A stretch of 64,000 bases of DNA from an uncultured Candidatus Binatia bacterium (GTDB lineage Bacteria; Desulfobacterota; Binatia; UBA9968; JAJDTQ01), in NCBI GenBank assembly GCA_965242525.1, contig OZ251459.1, forward strand, positions 2,848,001-2,912,000. Direction: 5' to 3'. The notes beneath the pieces are model-generated. The model searched no databases, was not told the origin of the DNA, and saw nothing but the letters and a program-made list of their open reading frames with translations. The translations under genes were made by a program, and so were the position numbers. Of the stretch, positions 1-12,348 are shown in pieces (the stretch's first letter is position 1; each line of letters begins with the position of its first letter).

Positions 1-86
1 TGGGCGAACACAACGAGGAGGCCCTGCGGGAGTTGGGGTACGGCCCCGAGGAGATCCGGTCCTTTCGGGAGAGGAACATCGTATGA
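1..86 (+). CDS. 3' end of a probable CoA-transferase family III (CaiB/BaiF) protein, partial
   Basis: Frame from nt 3 reads GEHNEEALRELGYGPEEIRSFRERNIV*, the typical (L)GEHxxEVLxELGY C-terminus of CoA-transferase III. Confidence 0.7.
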   Translation, partial: GEHNEEALRELGYGPEEIRSFRERNIV

Positions 87-126
87 CCGGCGCCGCGGCC
101 CCGGGCTCGAACCGCGGCCGCCGTCC

Positions 127-1206
127 ATGAACGCGCCGGCCCTCCGCCGTAGCGCGGCCGCCCTCCGCCGGCGGACGCCCGCCATCCTCGCGGCCCTGGC
201 GGTAGGGGTCCCGGCCGGGTACGCGTGCCACTCCCTGGACCTGCCCATCCCCTGGATGCTCGGGCCCATGGTGGCGGTGGCCGTCTTCAACCTCATGGGC
301 GCGCCCATGGACTCGCCGCCGTACGCGCGGCAGATGGGGCAGGTCCTGCTCGGTTCCGCGGTGTCCCTCCATTTCACCCCGCCGGTGGTGGCCGCCCTGG
401 CCGCCAACTGGACGCCCATCGTGCTGGCGACCCTGGCCACGTTCCTGATCGGCGGCCTGGGCGCCCTGCTCCTGAGCCGGATCTCGGGGGTCGAGAGGCG
501 GTCCACCTTCTTCGCCTCGATTCCGGGAGGCGCCATGGCCATGGCCAACCTGGCCCACCGGTACGGCGCGCAGGTCGCGCCGGTGGCGGTGGCCCACAGC
601 CTGCGGGTCTCCATCGTGGTCATCGTGGTGCCCTTCGCCCTGACCTACGGCGGCATCCCGCTGGAAGCCGCGGCCTACCGCCCGTCCGTGCCGCTGGACG
701 CGGCCGTGCTGGCGCCCTGGCTGCTGGCCGGGTTCGTGCTGGGGGAGGTCTCCGAGCGCCTCCGCATGCACAACGGCTACCTGCTCATGCCGATATTCTT
801 CGGCGCCGCCTTCACCATGAGCGAGGTCCGGCTGTCCGCGGTGCCCCAGTGGATGACCCGGTTCGCCCAGCTCATGTTCGGCCTGGTGCTCGGCGCGCGC
901 TACGAACGCGCGTTCTTCGCGCGCCACAAGCTGTTCATCCCGTTCGCGCTGCTCAACGCCTTCTTCGGCCTCGCGGCCTCGGTGATGGTGGCCCTCGCCC
1001 TGGCCTGGACTTTCCGGCTCCCGGTCGCCACCATGATCATCTCCACCGCCCCCGGGGGGCTGGTGGAGATGGCCATCACCGCCCAAGCCCTGGAGATCGG
1101 CGTGCCCACGGTGGTGGCGTTCCATCTGGCCCGGGTCGTGGTGGTCAACCTGGGCACGCAACACATCTACAGCGGCTGCGCCCGATGGCTGGGCCGACGC
1201 CCGTAG
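127..1206 (+). CDS. AbrB-family (aidB regulator / putative ammonia monooxygenase-like) membrane protein
   Basis: Hydrophobic duplicated protein with LPIPWMLGP, SIPGGAMAM and APGGLVEMAITA motifs. Confidence 0.85.
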   Translation: MNAPALRRSAAALRRRTPAILAALAVGVPAGYACHSLDLPIPWMLGPMVAVAVFNLMGAPMDSPPYARQMGQVLLGSAVSLHFTPPVVAALAANWTPIVLATLATFLIGGLGALLLSRISGVERRSTFFASIPGGAMAMANLAHRYGAQVAPVAVAHSLRVSIVVIVVPFALTYGGIPLEAAAYRPSVPLDAAVLAPWLLAGFVLGEVSERLRMHNGYLLMPIFFGAAFTMSEVRLSAVPQWMTRFAQLMFGLVLGARYERAFFARHKLFIPFALLNAFFGLAASVMVALALAWTFRLPVATMIISTAPGGLVEMAITAQALEIGVPTVVAFHLARVVVVNLGTQHIYSGCARWLGRRP

Positions 1207-1241
1207 CCGGAGGGACCGACGCGAGAATCCGGGAGGGCGCC

Positions 1242-2165
1242 ATGGAAGAGAAGGTCCGGTTCTTCAGCGGCCCCGGCTACGGCCTGTCCGGGGTCGTCTC
1301 CGTCCCCGACTCCGGCGGCGGCCCGCACCCCGGCGTGGTCCTGTGCCAGGGGTACGCCGGCCTCAAGGAAGCGCTCATGCCCGCGGTGGCCCAACGGTTG
1401 TCCAGGGAGGGCTACGCGACGCTGCGCTTCGACTACCGGGGCTTCGGGGAGAGCGAGGGGCCGCGGCACCGGCTGATACCCCTGGAGCAGGTCGAGGACA
1501 TCCGCAACGGCCTCACCTGCCTCGGCCTGCGCGAGGACGTGGACCCCGGGCGCATGGGCATATGGGGGACCAGCTTCGGCGGCGCCCATGCAGCGTATGC
1601 GGCCGCGGTGGACCGCCGGGTCCGGTGCATCGTGAGCGCGGTGGGCGTGGCCGACGGCGAGCGCTGGCTCCATTGCCTGCGCCGGGAATGGGAATGGCAA
1701 AAGTTCCTGGAGGAGCTCCGCGAGGACCGCAACCAGCGGGTGCGGACCGGACGGTCCCGGCGCGTGCACCCCTACCACATCATGGAGACCACGCCGGAAG
1801 GCTGGGATTTCTGGAACGAGACCGTGGCGGCCAACCCGGAAAGGGCGGAAGTCGCAATACCCCTGGAATGCGCCGACGCCATCATCGAGTACAAGCCCGA
1901 ATCCGTGGCGCACCGGATGGAGAGCCCGGCCCTCTACGTGTCCGCGGGGCTGGACGCCCTGACCCCCGTGAGCGAGCAGGCCAGCCTGTACCGGCGCTCG
2001 CCCGAACCCAGGCGCCACGTGGTGGTTCCCGGCGTCGACCACCACGGCCTCTACGAGGAGCCGCACCTGGGCCGGCTGCTGGACCTGTCCGTGGACTGGT
2101 TCCACGAGCACCTGGCGGGCAACGCCGGCGGGCAGCCGCACCGGGCAGGCCCGGCGCAGGGTTGA
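1242..2165 (+). CDS. alpha/beta-fold hydrolase (peptidase S15/CocE-like)
   Basis: ATG 1242 after GGGAGG; FDYRGFGES, nucleophile elbow GTSFGG, C-terminal His. Confidence 0.85.
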   Translation: MEEKVRFFSGPGYGLSGVVSVPDSGGGPHPGVVLCQGYAGLKEALMPAVAQRLSREGYATLRFDYRGFGESEGPRHRLIPLEQVEDIRNGLTCLGLREDVDPGRMGIWGTSFGGAHAAYAAAVDRRVRCIVSAVGVADGERWLHCLRREWEWQKFLEELREDRNQRVRTGRSRRVHPYHIMETTPEGWDFWNETVAANPERAEVAIPLECADAIIEYKPESVAHRMESPALYVSAGLDALTPVSEQASLYRRSPEPRRHVVVPGVDHHGLYEEPHLGRLLDLSVDWFHEHLAGNAGGQPHRAGPAQG

Positions 2166-2272
2166 CAAACGCCCCTCGGTTGATGCTGTATCATGCCGTA
2201 TCGGACAGGCGAGGGAGATCGGACGGGCGAGAGGGTGTTCGGGGTCGGCCGCGGCCGACGAAGGAGGACGAG

Positions 2273-3214
2273 ATGACCAAGTTCGCAATCGGGCTGTTGG
2301 CGCTGGCGTTCCTGGCTCCGGGAGTCCATGCGCAGACCGTGAGCATCGGCACCAACCCGCAGGGCTCGCTGGCCTACGCCACCGGAGCCGGCGTCGCCAA
2401 GGTCGCCATCGAGGAGGCCAAGGTCAACATGCGCGTGGTGCCCCAGGGCGGGCCGGTGGTGACCCTGCCGCTGCTCAACAACGGCGAGCTGGACTTCACC
2501 ATCTCCAACGTGGCGGCCAGCTCGTTCGCCTACCTGGGGAAGGCCATGTACGACGGCAGGAAGCAGGACAAGGTGCGGCTGGCGGCGGTGCTGTTCCCGC
2601 TCTACAGCATGTTCTACGTGCGCGCCGATTCGGACATCGAGACCTTGAACGACCTCAAGGGCAAGCGGCTGCCGAGCCGGTTCACCAAGCAGAAGATCGT
2701 CGGCCTGAACGCGGAATCGGTGCTGGCCACCGCGGGCCTGGACTTCGACGACGTGGCCGGGGTGCCGGTTCCCAACGGCGTCCGGGGAGTGCGGGACTTC
2801 ATGGAAGGGAAGAGCGACGCGGCCTATTTCTCCCTCACCTCGGGCATCACCCGGCAGGCCCACGCGGCCGTTGGCGGCATCCGCGTCCTCTCCATGGAGG
2901 ACACGCCCAAGGCGCTGGCGGCCTTGCGGAGCGTCGTCCCCGCGGGAAGCATCGCCACGCTCCAGCCGGCGAAGCTCTTTCCCGGGGTCATGGGCCCCAC
3001 CCATGTGTTCGCCGCGGCCTTCGTGGTCAACGCGAGCGCCGGGACGCCCGACGAGACCGTTTACAAGGTGGTCAAGGCCCTCCACCGCAACAAGGAAAAG
3101 CTCATCGGCTCCCACGGCATGTTCAAGCAGTTCGACCCAGGAAGGATGCGCGTGGACCTGGGGGTCCCGTACCATCCCGGGGCCCTGCGGTACTACGAGG
3201 AACAGGGAATGTAG
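2273..3214 (+). CDS. TAXI-family TRAP transporter solute-binding protein
   Basis: AAGGAGG RBS, signal peptide (VHA-Q), SIGTNPQGS, C-terminal PYHPGALRYYEE. Confidence 0.9.
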   Translation: MTKFAIGLLALAFLAPGVHAQTVSIGTNPQGSLAYATGAGVAKVAIEEAKVNMRVVPQGGPVVTLPLLNNGELDFTISNVAASSFAYLGKAMYDGRKQDKVRLAAVLFPLYSMFYVRADSDIETLNDLKGKRLPSRFTKQKIVGLNAESVLATAGLDFDDVAGVPVPNGVRGVRDFMEGKSDAAYFSLTSGITRQAHAAVGGIRVLSMEDTPKALAALRSVVPAGSIATLQPAKLFPGVMGPTHVFAAAFVVNASAGTPDETVYKVVKALHRNKEKLIGSHGMFKQFDPGRMRVDLGVPYHPGALRYYEEQGM

Positions 3215-3244
3215 CTTGGCCCCCGTGTCTTCGGGACCGTCGCC

Positions 3245-5215
3245 ATGACCGGCGGTGACGAAGGAGGCGCGGTCCGGACGCCCGCCGCGTCCTGGACGGT
3301 GCGGGTGGTCGGACGACTGCTGGGCGGACTGTTGACCGCGGCGGCCCTCGCCGAGGCCGCGGACCTGTACCGTGCGGTCGGCATCGTGGTCTTTGCCGAG
3401 CAGCGTCTGCTGGCGCTGCTCGGCCTCGCCCTGGGGACCCTCTACGTCCTCAAACCGGCGAAGCCGGGGGCCGCCCGTCCGAGCGTGCCCTGGTTCGACG
3501 CCCTGGCGGCAACCGCCGGGGTGCTGGTGTGCGCCTACCTGAGCTGGCACTACGAACGGATCTTCGAGGAGCTCTACGCCCGCCCCCGGGACGCCCTGCT
3601 GGGCGGCGCGGTGATCCTGGCGCTGGTGGCGGAGGGGGTGCGCCGCACCGCCGGACCGGTGCTGTTCGTCTTCCTGCTGTCGTTCTTCGCCCTCGGCCTC
3701 CTGAGCCACCTCATCCCCGGCCAGTTCCAGGGCCGCGAGGTGGATCTGGACCGGCTGGTGATCTACCTGAGCCTCGACTCCAACTCGCTGGTGGGCATCC
3801 CCCTCACTGTGGCCACCACCATCGTCATCGCCTTCATCTACTTCGGCAACCTGCTGGACCTTTCCGGCGGTTCGAAGTTCTTCACCGACATCTCCACCGC
3901 GCTCATGGGCCGGTACCGCGGCGGTTCGGCCAAGATCGCGGTCACCGCCTCGTCGTTGTTCGGCTCCATCTCCGGCAGCGCCACCTCCAACGTGGTCTCC
4001 ACCGGGGTCATCACCATCCCGCTGATGAAGAAGGGCGGTTACCCCGGCCATACCGCCGGCGCCATCGAGGCGGTGGCCTCCACCGGCGGCCAACTGATGC
4101 CGCCCATGATGGGCGCCGCGGCCTTCGTCATGGCCGAGTTCCTGCAGATCTCCTACCAGGAGGTGGTGCTGGCGGCGCTGATCCCGGCCGTCCTCTACTA
4201 CGTGGCGCTGTTCATCCAGGCCGACCTCTACGCCGCCCGGGAGGGCATCGCGCGGGTGGGCGAAGACTCCATCCCTCCCCGCTGGCCGGTGTTCCGCGCC
4301 GGCTGGCCCTACGTGGTCCCGTTCGCGGTGGTCATCCTGTGCCTCTTCCATTTCAACCTCCGGCCGGAGACCTCGGCCCTGTGGGCCTCCGGCAGCCTCA
4401 TCCCCGTGGGCCTCTTCATCGGCTACCGGCGCGAGCGCATGTCCTGGTGGGTGATCGTGGCCGTCCTGGCCAAGACCGGGGTCCTGTGCGTGCAACTCCT
4501 GATGATTAGCTGCATGGCCGGGATCATCATCGGGATCCTCAACATCACGGGCCTGGGCTTTGCGCTGACCCAGGCCATCATCCACCTGGCCGGGGGGGAG
4601 ATCGCCCTGATCCTGCTGCTGGCGGCGCTGATCTCCATCGTCCTGGGCATGGGCATGCCCACCCTCGGCGTCTATCTGCTGCTGGCCACGCTGGTGACGC
4701 CATCCATGGTGGAGGTGGGCATCCCGCCCATGGCGGCGCACCTGTTCGCCCTCTACTTCGGCATGCTCTCCCTCATCACGCCGCCGGTGGCGGTGGCGGC
4801 CTTTACCGCGGCCACGGTGGCCGGGGCCGACTTCATGCGCACGGGCTTCGCCGCGGTCCACTTCGGCTGGACCGCCTACGTGGTGCCGTTCCTGTTCGTG
4901 CTGGCCCCGGAGCTCCTCATGCAGGGTTCGGCGCTCGAGATCCTCCACACGTCGGCCACCGCGGTGGTGGGCGTGTGGCTGGTGTCGGCAGGCTTCATGG
5001 GCTTTTTCGCAAGGCCCCTGGGCGCGTCCCACCGCCTCCTGTTCATCACCGCCGGACTGCTGTTGTTCTTCCCGGCCAGCGGCCACGCCCACGGCGCCTG
5101 GACGGACGTAGCCGGGGCCTGCCTGGCCGGCGCGCTGGCGCTGACGGGAGGCTTCCGCAGAGGCGGGAGCGCCCGGCCGCCGGCCGCGCCCCGGAGCCTG
5201 GAGGGTCCCACATGA
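3245..5215 (+). CDS. TRAP transporter fused 4TM/12TM permease (TAXI type)
   Basis: GGSAKIAV, FGSISGSATSNV, EAVASTGGQLMPPMMGAAAF, LGMGMPT motifs. Confidence 0.92.
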   Translation: MTGGDEGGAVRTPAASWTVRVVGRLLGGLLTAAALAEAADLYRAVGIVVFAEQRLLALLGLALGTLYVLKPAKPGAARPSVPWFDALAATAGVLVCAYLSWHYERIFEELYARPRDALLGGAVILALVAEGVRRTAGPVLFVFLLSFFALGLLSHLIPGQFQGREVDLDRLVIYLSLDSNSLVGIPLTVATTIVIAFIYFGNLLDLSGGSKFFTDISTALMGRYRGGSAKIAVTASSLFGSISGSATSNVVSTGVITIPLMKKGGYPGHTAGAIEAVASTGGQLMPPMMGAAAFVMAEFLQISYQEVVLAALIPAVLYYVALFIQADLYAAREGIARVGEDSIPPRWPVFRAGWPYVVPFAVVILCLFHFNLRPETSALWASGSLIPVGLFIGYRRERMSWWVIVAVLAKTGVLCVQLLMISCMAGIIIGILNITGLGFALTQAIIHLAGGEIALILLLAALISIVLGMGMPTLGVYLLLATLVTPSMVEVGIPPMAAHLFALYFGMLSLITPPVAVAAFTAATVAGADFMRTGFAAVHFGWTAYVVPFLFVLAPELLMQGSALEILHTSATAVVGVWLVSAGFMGFFARPLGASHRLLFITAGLLLFFPASGHAHGAWTDVAGACLAGALALTGGFRRGGSARPPAAPRSLEGPT

Positions 5216-6033
5216 CCGAAGTCATCATGATCGGAACGGGAGTCCCGGAGCCCAACCCCAACCGCCAGGGTTCCTGCATCGCCGTGGTCATCGACGGCAA
5301 GCCCGTGCTTCTCGACTGCGGCCGCGGCGCCCTCACGCAGCTCGTCCGCGCCGGGATCGACCCGGCCCGGGTCGAGCAGGTGTTCCTCACCCACCTCCAC
5401 TACGACCACATCATCGGCCTTCCCGACCTGCTGCTGGGGAGTTGGATGGTGGGGCGCAGCACCGGGATCGAGGTGTTCGGCCCCGCGGGAACCCGGGCGT
5501 TCGTGGAGGGGATCCTCGAAGCCTTCAAGATCGACATCCAGGGGCGCAAGGCCACCGGCACCAAGTCCAGGTTCGAGGTCTCCACCCGCGAGATCGACGA
5601 GGGTCCCGTGTGGGAGACGCCCGCGTGGAAACTCGACGCCGTGCGGGTGGTGCACATACCCAACAGCCTCGGCTTTCGAGTCGATACCAGTGACCGGTCC
5701 ATCGTGTTCTCCGGCGACACCCGGCCCTGCCCGGCCCTGGTGGAGCTGGCCCGGGACTGCGACCTGCTCATCCACGAGGTGCTGTTCTCGCCGGAGCTGG
5801 AGCAGCAGGGCGCTCCGCAAGGCCGCCACCCGGAGTTCATCCATCCCGAGTGGGCCAACCGCATCCGCCACACCAAACCGCACCAGGTGGGCAAGATCGC
5901 CGCGGAAGCCAACGCCGGCAAGCTCGTGCTCACCCATCTCTGGTCCGAGAAGGAGGAGGAGCGGCTGAAAGCGGAAGTGGCGGCCGACTACTCCGGGGAG
6001 ATCGTCGTGGCCCGGGACCTGATGACGGTCTGA
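5212..6033 (+). CDS. MBL-fold metallo-hydrolase (RNase Z/arylsulfatase-like)
   Basis: THLHYDH, LLDCGRG, FSGDT, LVLTH; ATGA overlap with the permease stop. Confidence 0.88.
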   Translation: MTEVIMIGTGVPEPNPNRQGSCIAVVIDGKPVLLDCGRGALTQLVRAGIDPARVEQVFLTHLHYDHIIGLPDLLLGSWMVGRSTGIEVFGPAGTRAFVEGILEAFKIDIQGRKATGTKSRFEVSTREIDEGPVWETPAWKLDAVRVVHIPNSLGFRVDTSDRSIVFSGDTRPCPALVELARDCDLLIHEVLFSPELEQQGAPQGRHPEFIHPEWANRIRHTKPHQVGKIAAEANAGKLVLTHLWSEKEEERLKAEVAADYSGEIVVARDLMTV

Positions 6034-6089
6034 CCCGCGGCCCCATCCTCCGGCCACGCCGACGAAAAGCCGACGCGGCCCGCGCAGGA

Positions 6090-6147
6090 GCGCGCCCTTC
6101 GACTTCGCTTCGCCCAGGACGAACGGGGATCGTCGTTCGAAGTTTCC
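6090..6147 (+). repeat. Partial copy of MITE/REP family 1 (core plus right TIR only)
   Basis: GCGCGCCCTTCGACTTCGCTTCGCCCAGGACGAACGGGG...GTTCGAAGTTTCC. Confidence 0.75.
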
Positions 6148-6193
6148 GTAGGCGGGCGGCCCCGGCCGCATCGAGAGCACAGGAGGCAGATCC

Positions 6194-6481
6194 ATGATCT
6201 ACGAGGTGAGGTTCCAGACCGTCGATCCCGACCGGCGGGACGAATACGTGGAGGCCTACAGGGAAGCCATCCAGTCCGGCAAGGAGGCCGGCTGCCACGG
6301 CGGCCTCATCCTGTGCAGCGACGAGGACCCCGGGGCCGTGCTGGTGCTGCTCCATTGGGAGACCAGGGAGCACCATGAGCGTTGGCGCGGGACGCCGCCG
6401 CACCGGAAGTTCCGCCAGACCATCGACCCGTGGCAGACCCGGCCCAGCACCGGCGCCTACTACGTGGCCGAGACCATCTGA
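6194..6481 (+). CDS. Antibiotic biosynthesis monooxygenase (ABM) domain protein
   Basis: AGGAGG RBS; 95 aa; WETREHHERWRGTPPH. Confidence 0.8.
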   Translation: MIYEVRFQTVDPDRRDEYVEAYREAIQSGKEAGCHGGLILCSDEDPGAVLVLLHWETREHHERWRGTPPHRKFRQTIDPWQTRPSTGAYYVAETI

Positions 6482-6528
6482 GCGGCGGCCGCGTCCCGGG
6501 GCCGGGCCTCGCCGAGGAGAACTGCGGC

Positions 6529-9678
<3,150 letters not shown>

Positions 9679-9718
9679 GGGCTTGACACCGGACAGGATT
9701 CTGGAAAACTCATAGTGA

Positions 9719-10023
9719 GGAACGTCTGGACGATTCCGGAGCGCGTCCTTCGACTTCGCTTCGCTACGCTCAGGACGAACGGGAGACTCGCTCCGCTAGG
9801 CTCAAGATGAGCGGGATGCTTCACTACGCTACGCTCAGGACGAACGGGATATTTCGCTCCGCTACGCCTAGGATGAACGGGAGACTTCGTTTCGCTAGGC
9901 TCAGGATGAGCGGGAGACTTCGCTCCGCTAGGCTCAGAATGAGCGGGAGACTTCGCTCCGCTCAGGATGAGCGGGAGACTTCGCTCCGCTCAGGATGAAC
10001 GGGGATCGCCGTTCAAGGTTTCC
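9719..10023 (+). mobile_element. MITE family 1 copy containing 8 tandem 28-33 bp units
   Basis: TIRs GGAACGTCTGGACGATT / GCCGTTCAAGGTTTCC; flanks GTGA/GTAA; internal (GACTTCGCTYCGCTASGCTCAGGAYGARCGGGA)x8. Confidence 0.75.
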
Positions 10024-10118
10024 GTAAGTGGCTGCGCCGCGGAACCGGGGGGCGACAGCGCGGAGACATCGACGGAACCGCGGACCGGGTCGGGTCCGCA
10101 TCGAATCAAGGAGACGCC

Positions 10119-10595
10119 ATGTACGCACTGAGGATCATACTGGTGGGCCTGACGGTTCTGGCGCTTGCCGCCTGCACCAGCAAGGCGGGACCCAAGGAAA
10201 CCGTCGGAACGCTACTCGGCGCGGCCGCGGGAGGACTCGGCGGCGCGCAGATCGGCAAGGGCCGCGGGAAGCTCGTGGCCACGGGCGTCGGCGCGTTCCT
10301 CGGCGCGATGATCGGGAACGAGATCGGCAAGTCCCTCGACCGGGCGGACCGGCTGGCCATGCAGCGGACTACCCAGCAGACGTTGGAATCGACGCCGACG
10401 GGTCAGACCAGCACGTGGAAGAACCCCGATTCCGGCAACGAGGGAACGGTGACCCCGCAGAAGACCTATCAACGCGACGACGGGATCTACTGCCGCGAGT
10501 TCACCCAGACCATCACCATCGGCGGCCGCACCGAGGAAGCCTACGGCACCGCTTGCCGTCAACCCGACGGCGCCTGGAAGATCGTCTCCACCTGA
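10119..10595 (+). CDS. Glycine-zipper lipoprotein, 17-kDa surface antigen (RT0821/Lpp0805) family
   Basis: Lipobox LAAC; GTLLGAAAGGLGGAQIGKG; WKNPDSGN, YCREFTQTITIGG, GTACRQPDGAWKIV. Confidence 0.9.
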   Translation: MYALRIILVGLTVLALAACTSKAGPKETVGTLLGAAAGGLGGAQIGKGRGKLVATGVGAFLGAMIGNEIGKSLDRADRLAMQRTTQQTLESTPTGQTSTWKNPDSGNEGTVTPQKTYQRDDGIYCREFTQTITIGGRTEEAYGTACRQPDGAWKIVST

Positions 10596-10641
10596 CGTCC
10601 CCTATCCCGGGGCGCCAACCCGAAGCATCCTGCCATCCTGC

Positions 10642-10779
10642 GGAAACTCGGAACGATCATCCCCGTTCGTCCTGAGCGTAGCGTAGCGAAGTCCTCCGTT
10701 CATCCTGAGCGTAGCGAAGTCGAAGGACGCGCTTTCCCACAGGAAGAGGGAGTTCGAGCCGGCATTGTCCAGGGTTTCC
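10642..10779 (-). mobile_element. MITE family 1 copy
   Basis: Ends GGAAACTCGGAACGAT ... ATTGTCCAGGGTTTCC; flanks CTGC/CTCC; two core units. Confidence 0.75.
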
Positions 10780-10885
10780 CTCCCGTGGTTCCGGCGGAAG
10801 CCGGGACCACCGCGGCTTCCGCATGCTGCCCGGACTTGGTGGAGCCGGCGCCGCCGCGCCGGACGCGCCTCCGTCCCGGCTTCCT

Positions 10886-12346
10886 TCAGGCGCCCCTCCG
10901 CCCGAGCCGTAGCGAGAGGCCGCCCTGCCGGACGTGGACCTGCCGCACCTCGCGCAGCCCCGCAACCTGCTTCATCAGGGCGGAAACCGGACGGCCGGCG
11001 TCCAGGTATTCCCTGGGAGCGCCCGCGGCCAGCATCTCCTTGACCCAGTCCGCGCCGACGATGACCCGCAGCACCAGTTCCTCGTCCGACACCCCGGGGC
11101 CGCCGAACTTGCGCCGCACCTCCTGGAGGGAGGGCTCCGGCCGCGTCCAGCCCTCCCAGGCCCGCGCCCGGGCGCGGCCGAGGATCCGGTCCTTCACGTC
11201 CGCGTCCATGAGCCGGGCGCCCTCTTCGCCCCAATGCCCCAGGGCGTACTGGATGCTCTGGTCCGTGACCTCCCGGTAGCGCTCCCCCACCATCACGTTG
11301 ATGGCCGCCTGGGTCCCCACGAACTGGGCCAGCGGCGTGACCATGATGGGATAGCCGTACTCTTGGCGCACGCGGCCGGCTTCCTCCAGGGTCTCCTCCA
11401 GCCTGTGGCCCATGCCCACGGTCTCCAGTTGGTGGCGCAGGTTGGAGATCATGCCTCCGGGGACCTGGTGCCGGTACTGGGCGTAGTCGTACTCCCTGGG
11501 CGCGCCCATGGGGCGGCCTTCCCACTGCGCCACCCGGGTGAAGTGCTCCTCCACGGGCTTCACCGCTTCCAGGTCCACCCGCGGGGTCAGGCCCAGGGCC
11601 GCGGCGTTGGCCGCCGCGTTGTAGATGGAGGGTTGGGACGAGCCGTTGGCCAGCGGCGGTATGGCGGTGTGGAGGGTCCTGACGCCGAGCCGGAGGGCTT
11701 CCACGTAGCACAGCGGGGCCAAGCCGTTGTTGCAGTGGGCGTGGAACTCCAGCGGGACGTCGCCCACGTTGTCCATGACCAACCGGAGCATCTCCCGGGC
11801 GCGCTCCGGCGTCAGCAACCCGCCCACGTCCTTGAAGCAGATCCGGTAGGGCCGCAGCGCCGCCAGTTCGCGGGTCTTCCGCACGTAGTAATCGTCGGTG
11901 TGCTTGGGGGAGACCGAGTAGATGACGTTGGCCACCACGTCCATGCCCATCTCCCCCAGGAGCCGGATCTCGCGGGCGAGCACGCCGTAGTCGTTCCACG
12001 GGTTCGACGAGCGCGTGAGGGTGATGCCGTGGGCGATGACTCGCTCCATCATCAGGCGCAGCACGCAGGAGGGAATGGGATCGAACCCGGAACTGATGCC
12101 CCCGTGGTAGCGCAGCCGGGTCCTGGAGAACCGCTTCACCCCCAACCGCACCCAGTCCCACGGGTTCTCCTTGTGCTCCCGCACCTGCTTGATGATGCTG
12201 GCGAAGCCGAAGAACTCCATGGACTCGAACCCGCACCTGTCCATCTGCCCGGCCGCAGCGAGCATGGCGCCGGTCCTCATGCCCAGCGCCCAGAGGCTCA
12301 ACTGCCCGTCCCTCACGGTGGTGTCGATGAAACGAACCTCGCTCAT
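10886..12346 (-). CDS. Carboxyltransferase (pyruvate carboxylase B / oxaloacetate decarboxylase alpha-like), no biotinyl domain
   Basis: DTTVRDGQLSL, ICFKDVGGLLTP, EFHAHCNNG, HQVPGGMISN, GYPIMVTPLAQFVG. Confidence 0.88.
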   Translation of the reverse strand: MSEVRFIDTTVRDGQLSLWALGMRTGAMLAAAGQMDRCGFESMEFFGFASIIKQVREHKENPWDWVRLGVKRFSRTRLRYHGGISSGFDPIPSCVLRLMMERVIAHGITLTRSSNPWNDYGVLAREIRLLGEMGMDVVANVIYSVSPKHTDDYYVRKTRELAALRPYRICFKDVGGLLTPERAREMLRLVMDNVGDVPLEFHAHCNNGLAPLCYVEALRLGVRTLHTAIPPLANGSSQPSIYNAAANAAALGLTPRVDLEAVKPVEEHFTRVAQWEGRPMGAPREYDYAQYRHQVPGGMISNLRHQLETVGMGHRLEETLEEAGRVRQEYGYPIMVTPLAQFVGTQAAINVMVGERYREVTDQSIQYALGHWGEEGARLMDADVKDRILGRARARAWEGWTRPEPSLQEVRRKFGGPGVSDEELVLRVIVGADWVKEMLAAGAPREYLDAGRPVSALMKQVAGLREVRQVHVRQGGLSLRLGRRGA

Positions 12347-12348
12347 GC

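Noticed and set aside
2162-2194. TTGACA...TATCAT promoter before the TAXI operon
   Set aside because: Spacer is 21 nt, so it cannot be supported as a sigma70 promoter.
2051-5092. Very long antisense/alternative-frame ORFs (also 6375-9686, 13531-16011, 33678-37397, 34076-38059, 46691-49204, 54624-57845)
   Set aside because: Shadow ORFs expected from high GC3 codon bias; they overlap well-supported genes and lack recognisable motifs.
9807-9998. Small repetitive ORFs such as MSGRLRSARLR and WESASFDFASLRSGRT peptides
   Set aside because: Translations of the MITE/REP sequence; the apparent N-terminal extensions of the SDR, acyl-CoA dehydrogenase and TAXI ORFs arise the same way.
9752-10005. Possible CRISPR array (33-bp periodicity)
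   Set aside because: Units are head-to-tail degenerate copies with no unique spacers; no cas genes in the window; the unit is part of a dispersed MITE/REP.
9719-10779. Composite transposon made of two MITEs around the 17-kDa lipoprotein (likewise 25137-26594 and 56048-58022)
   Set aside because: Each MITE has its own matching or near-matching TSD and the outer flanks do not match, indicating independent insertions.
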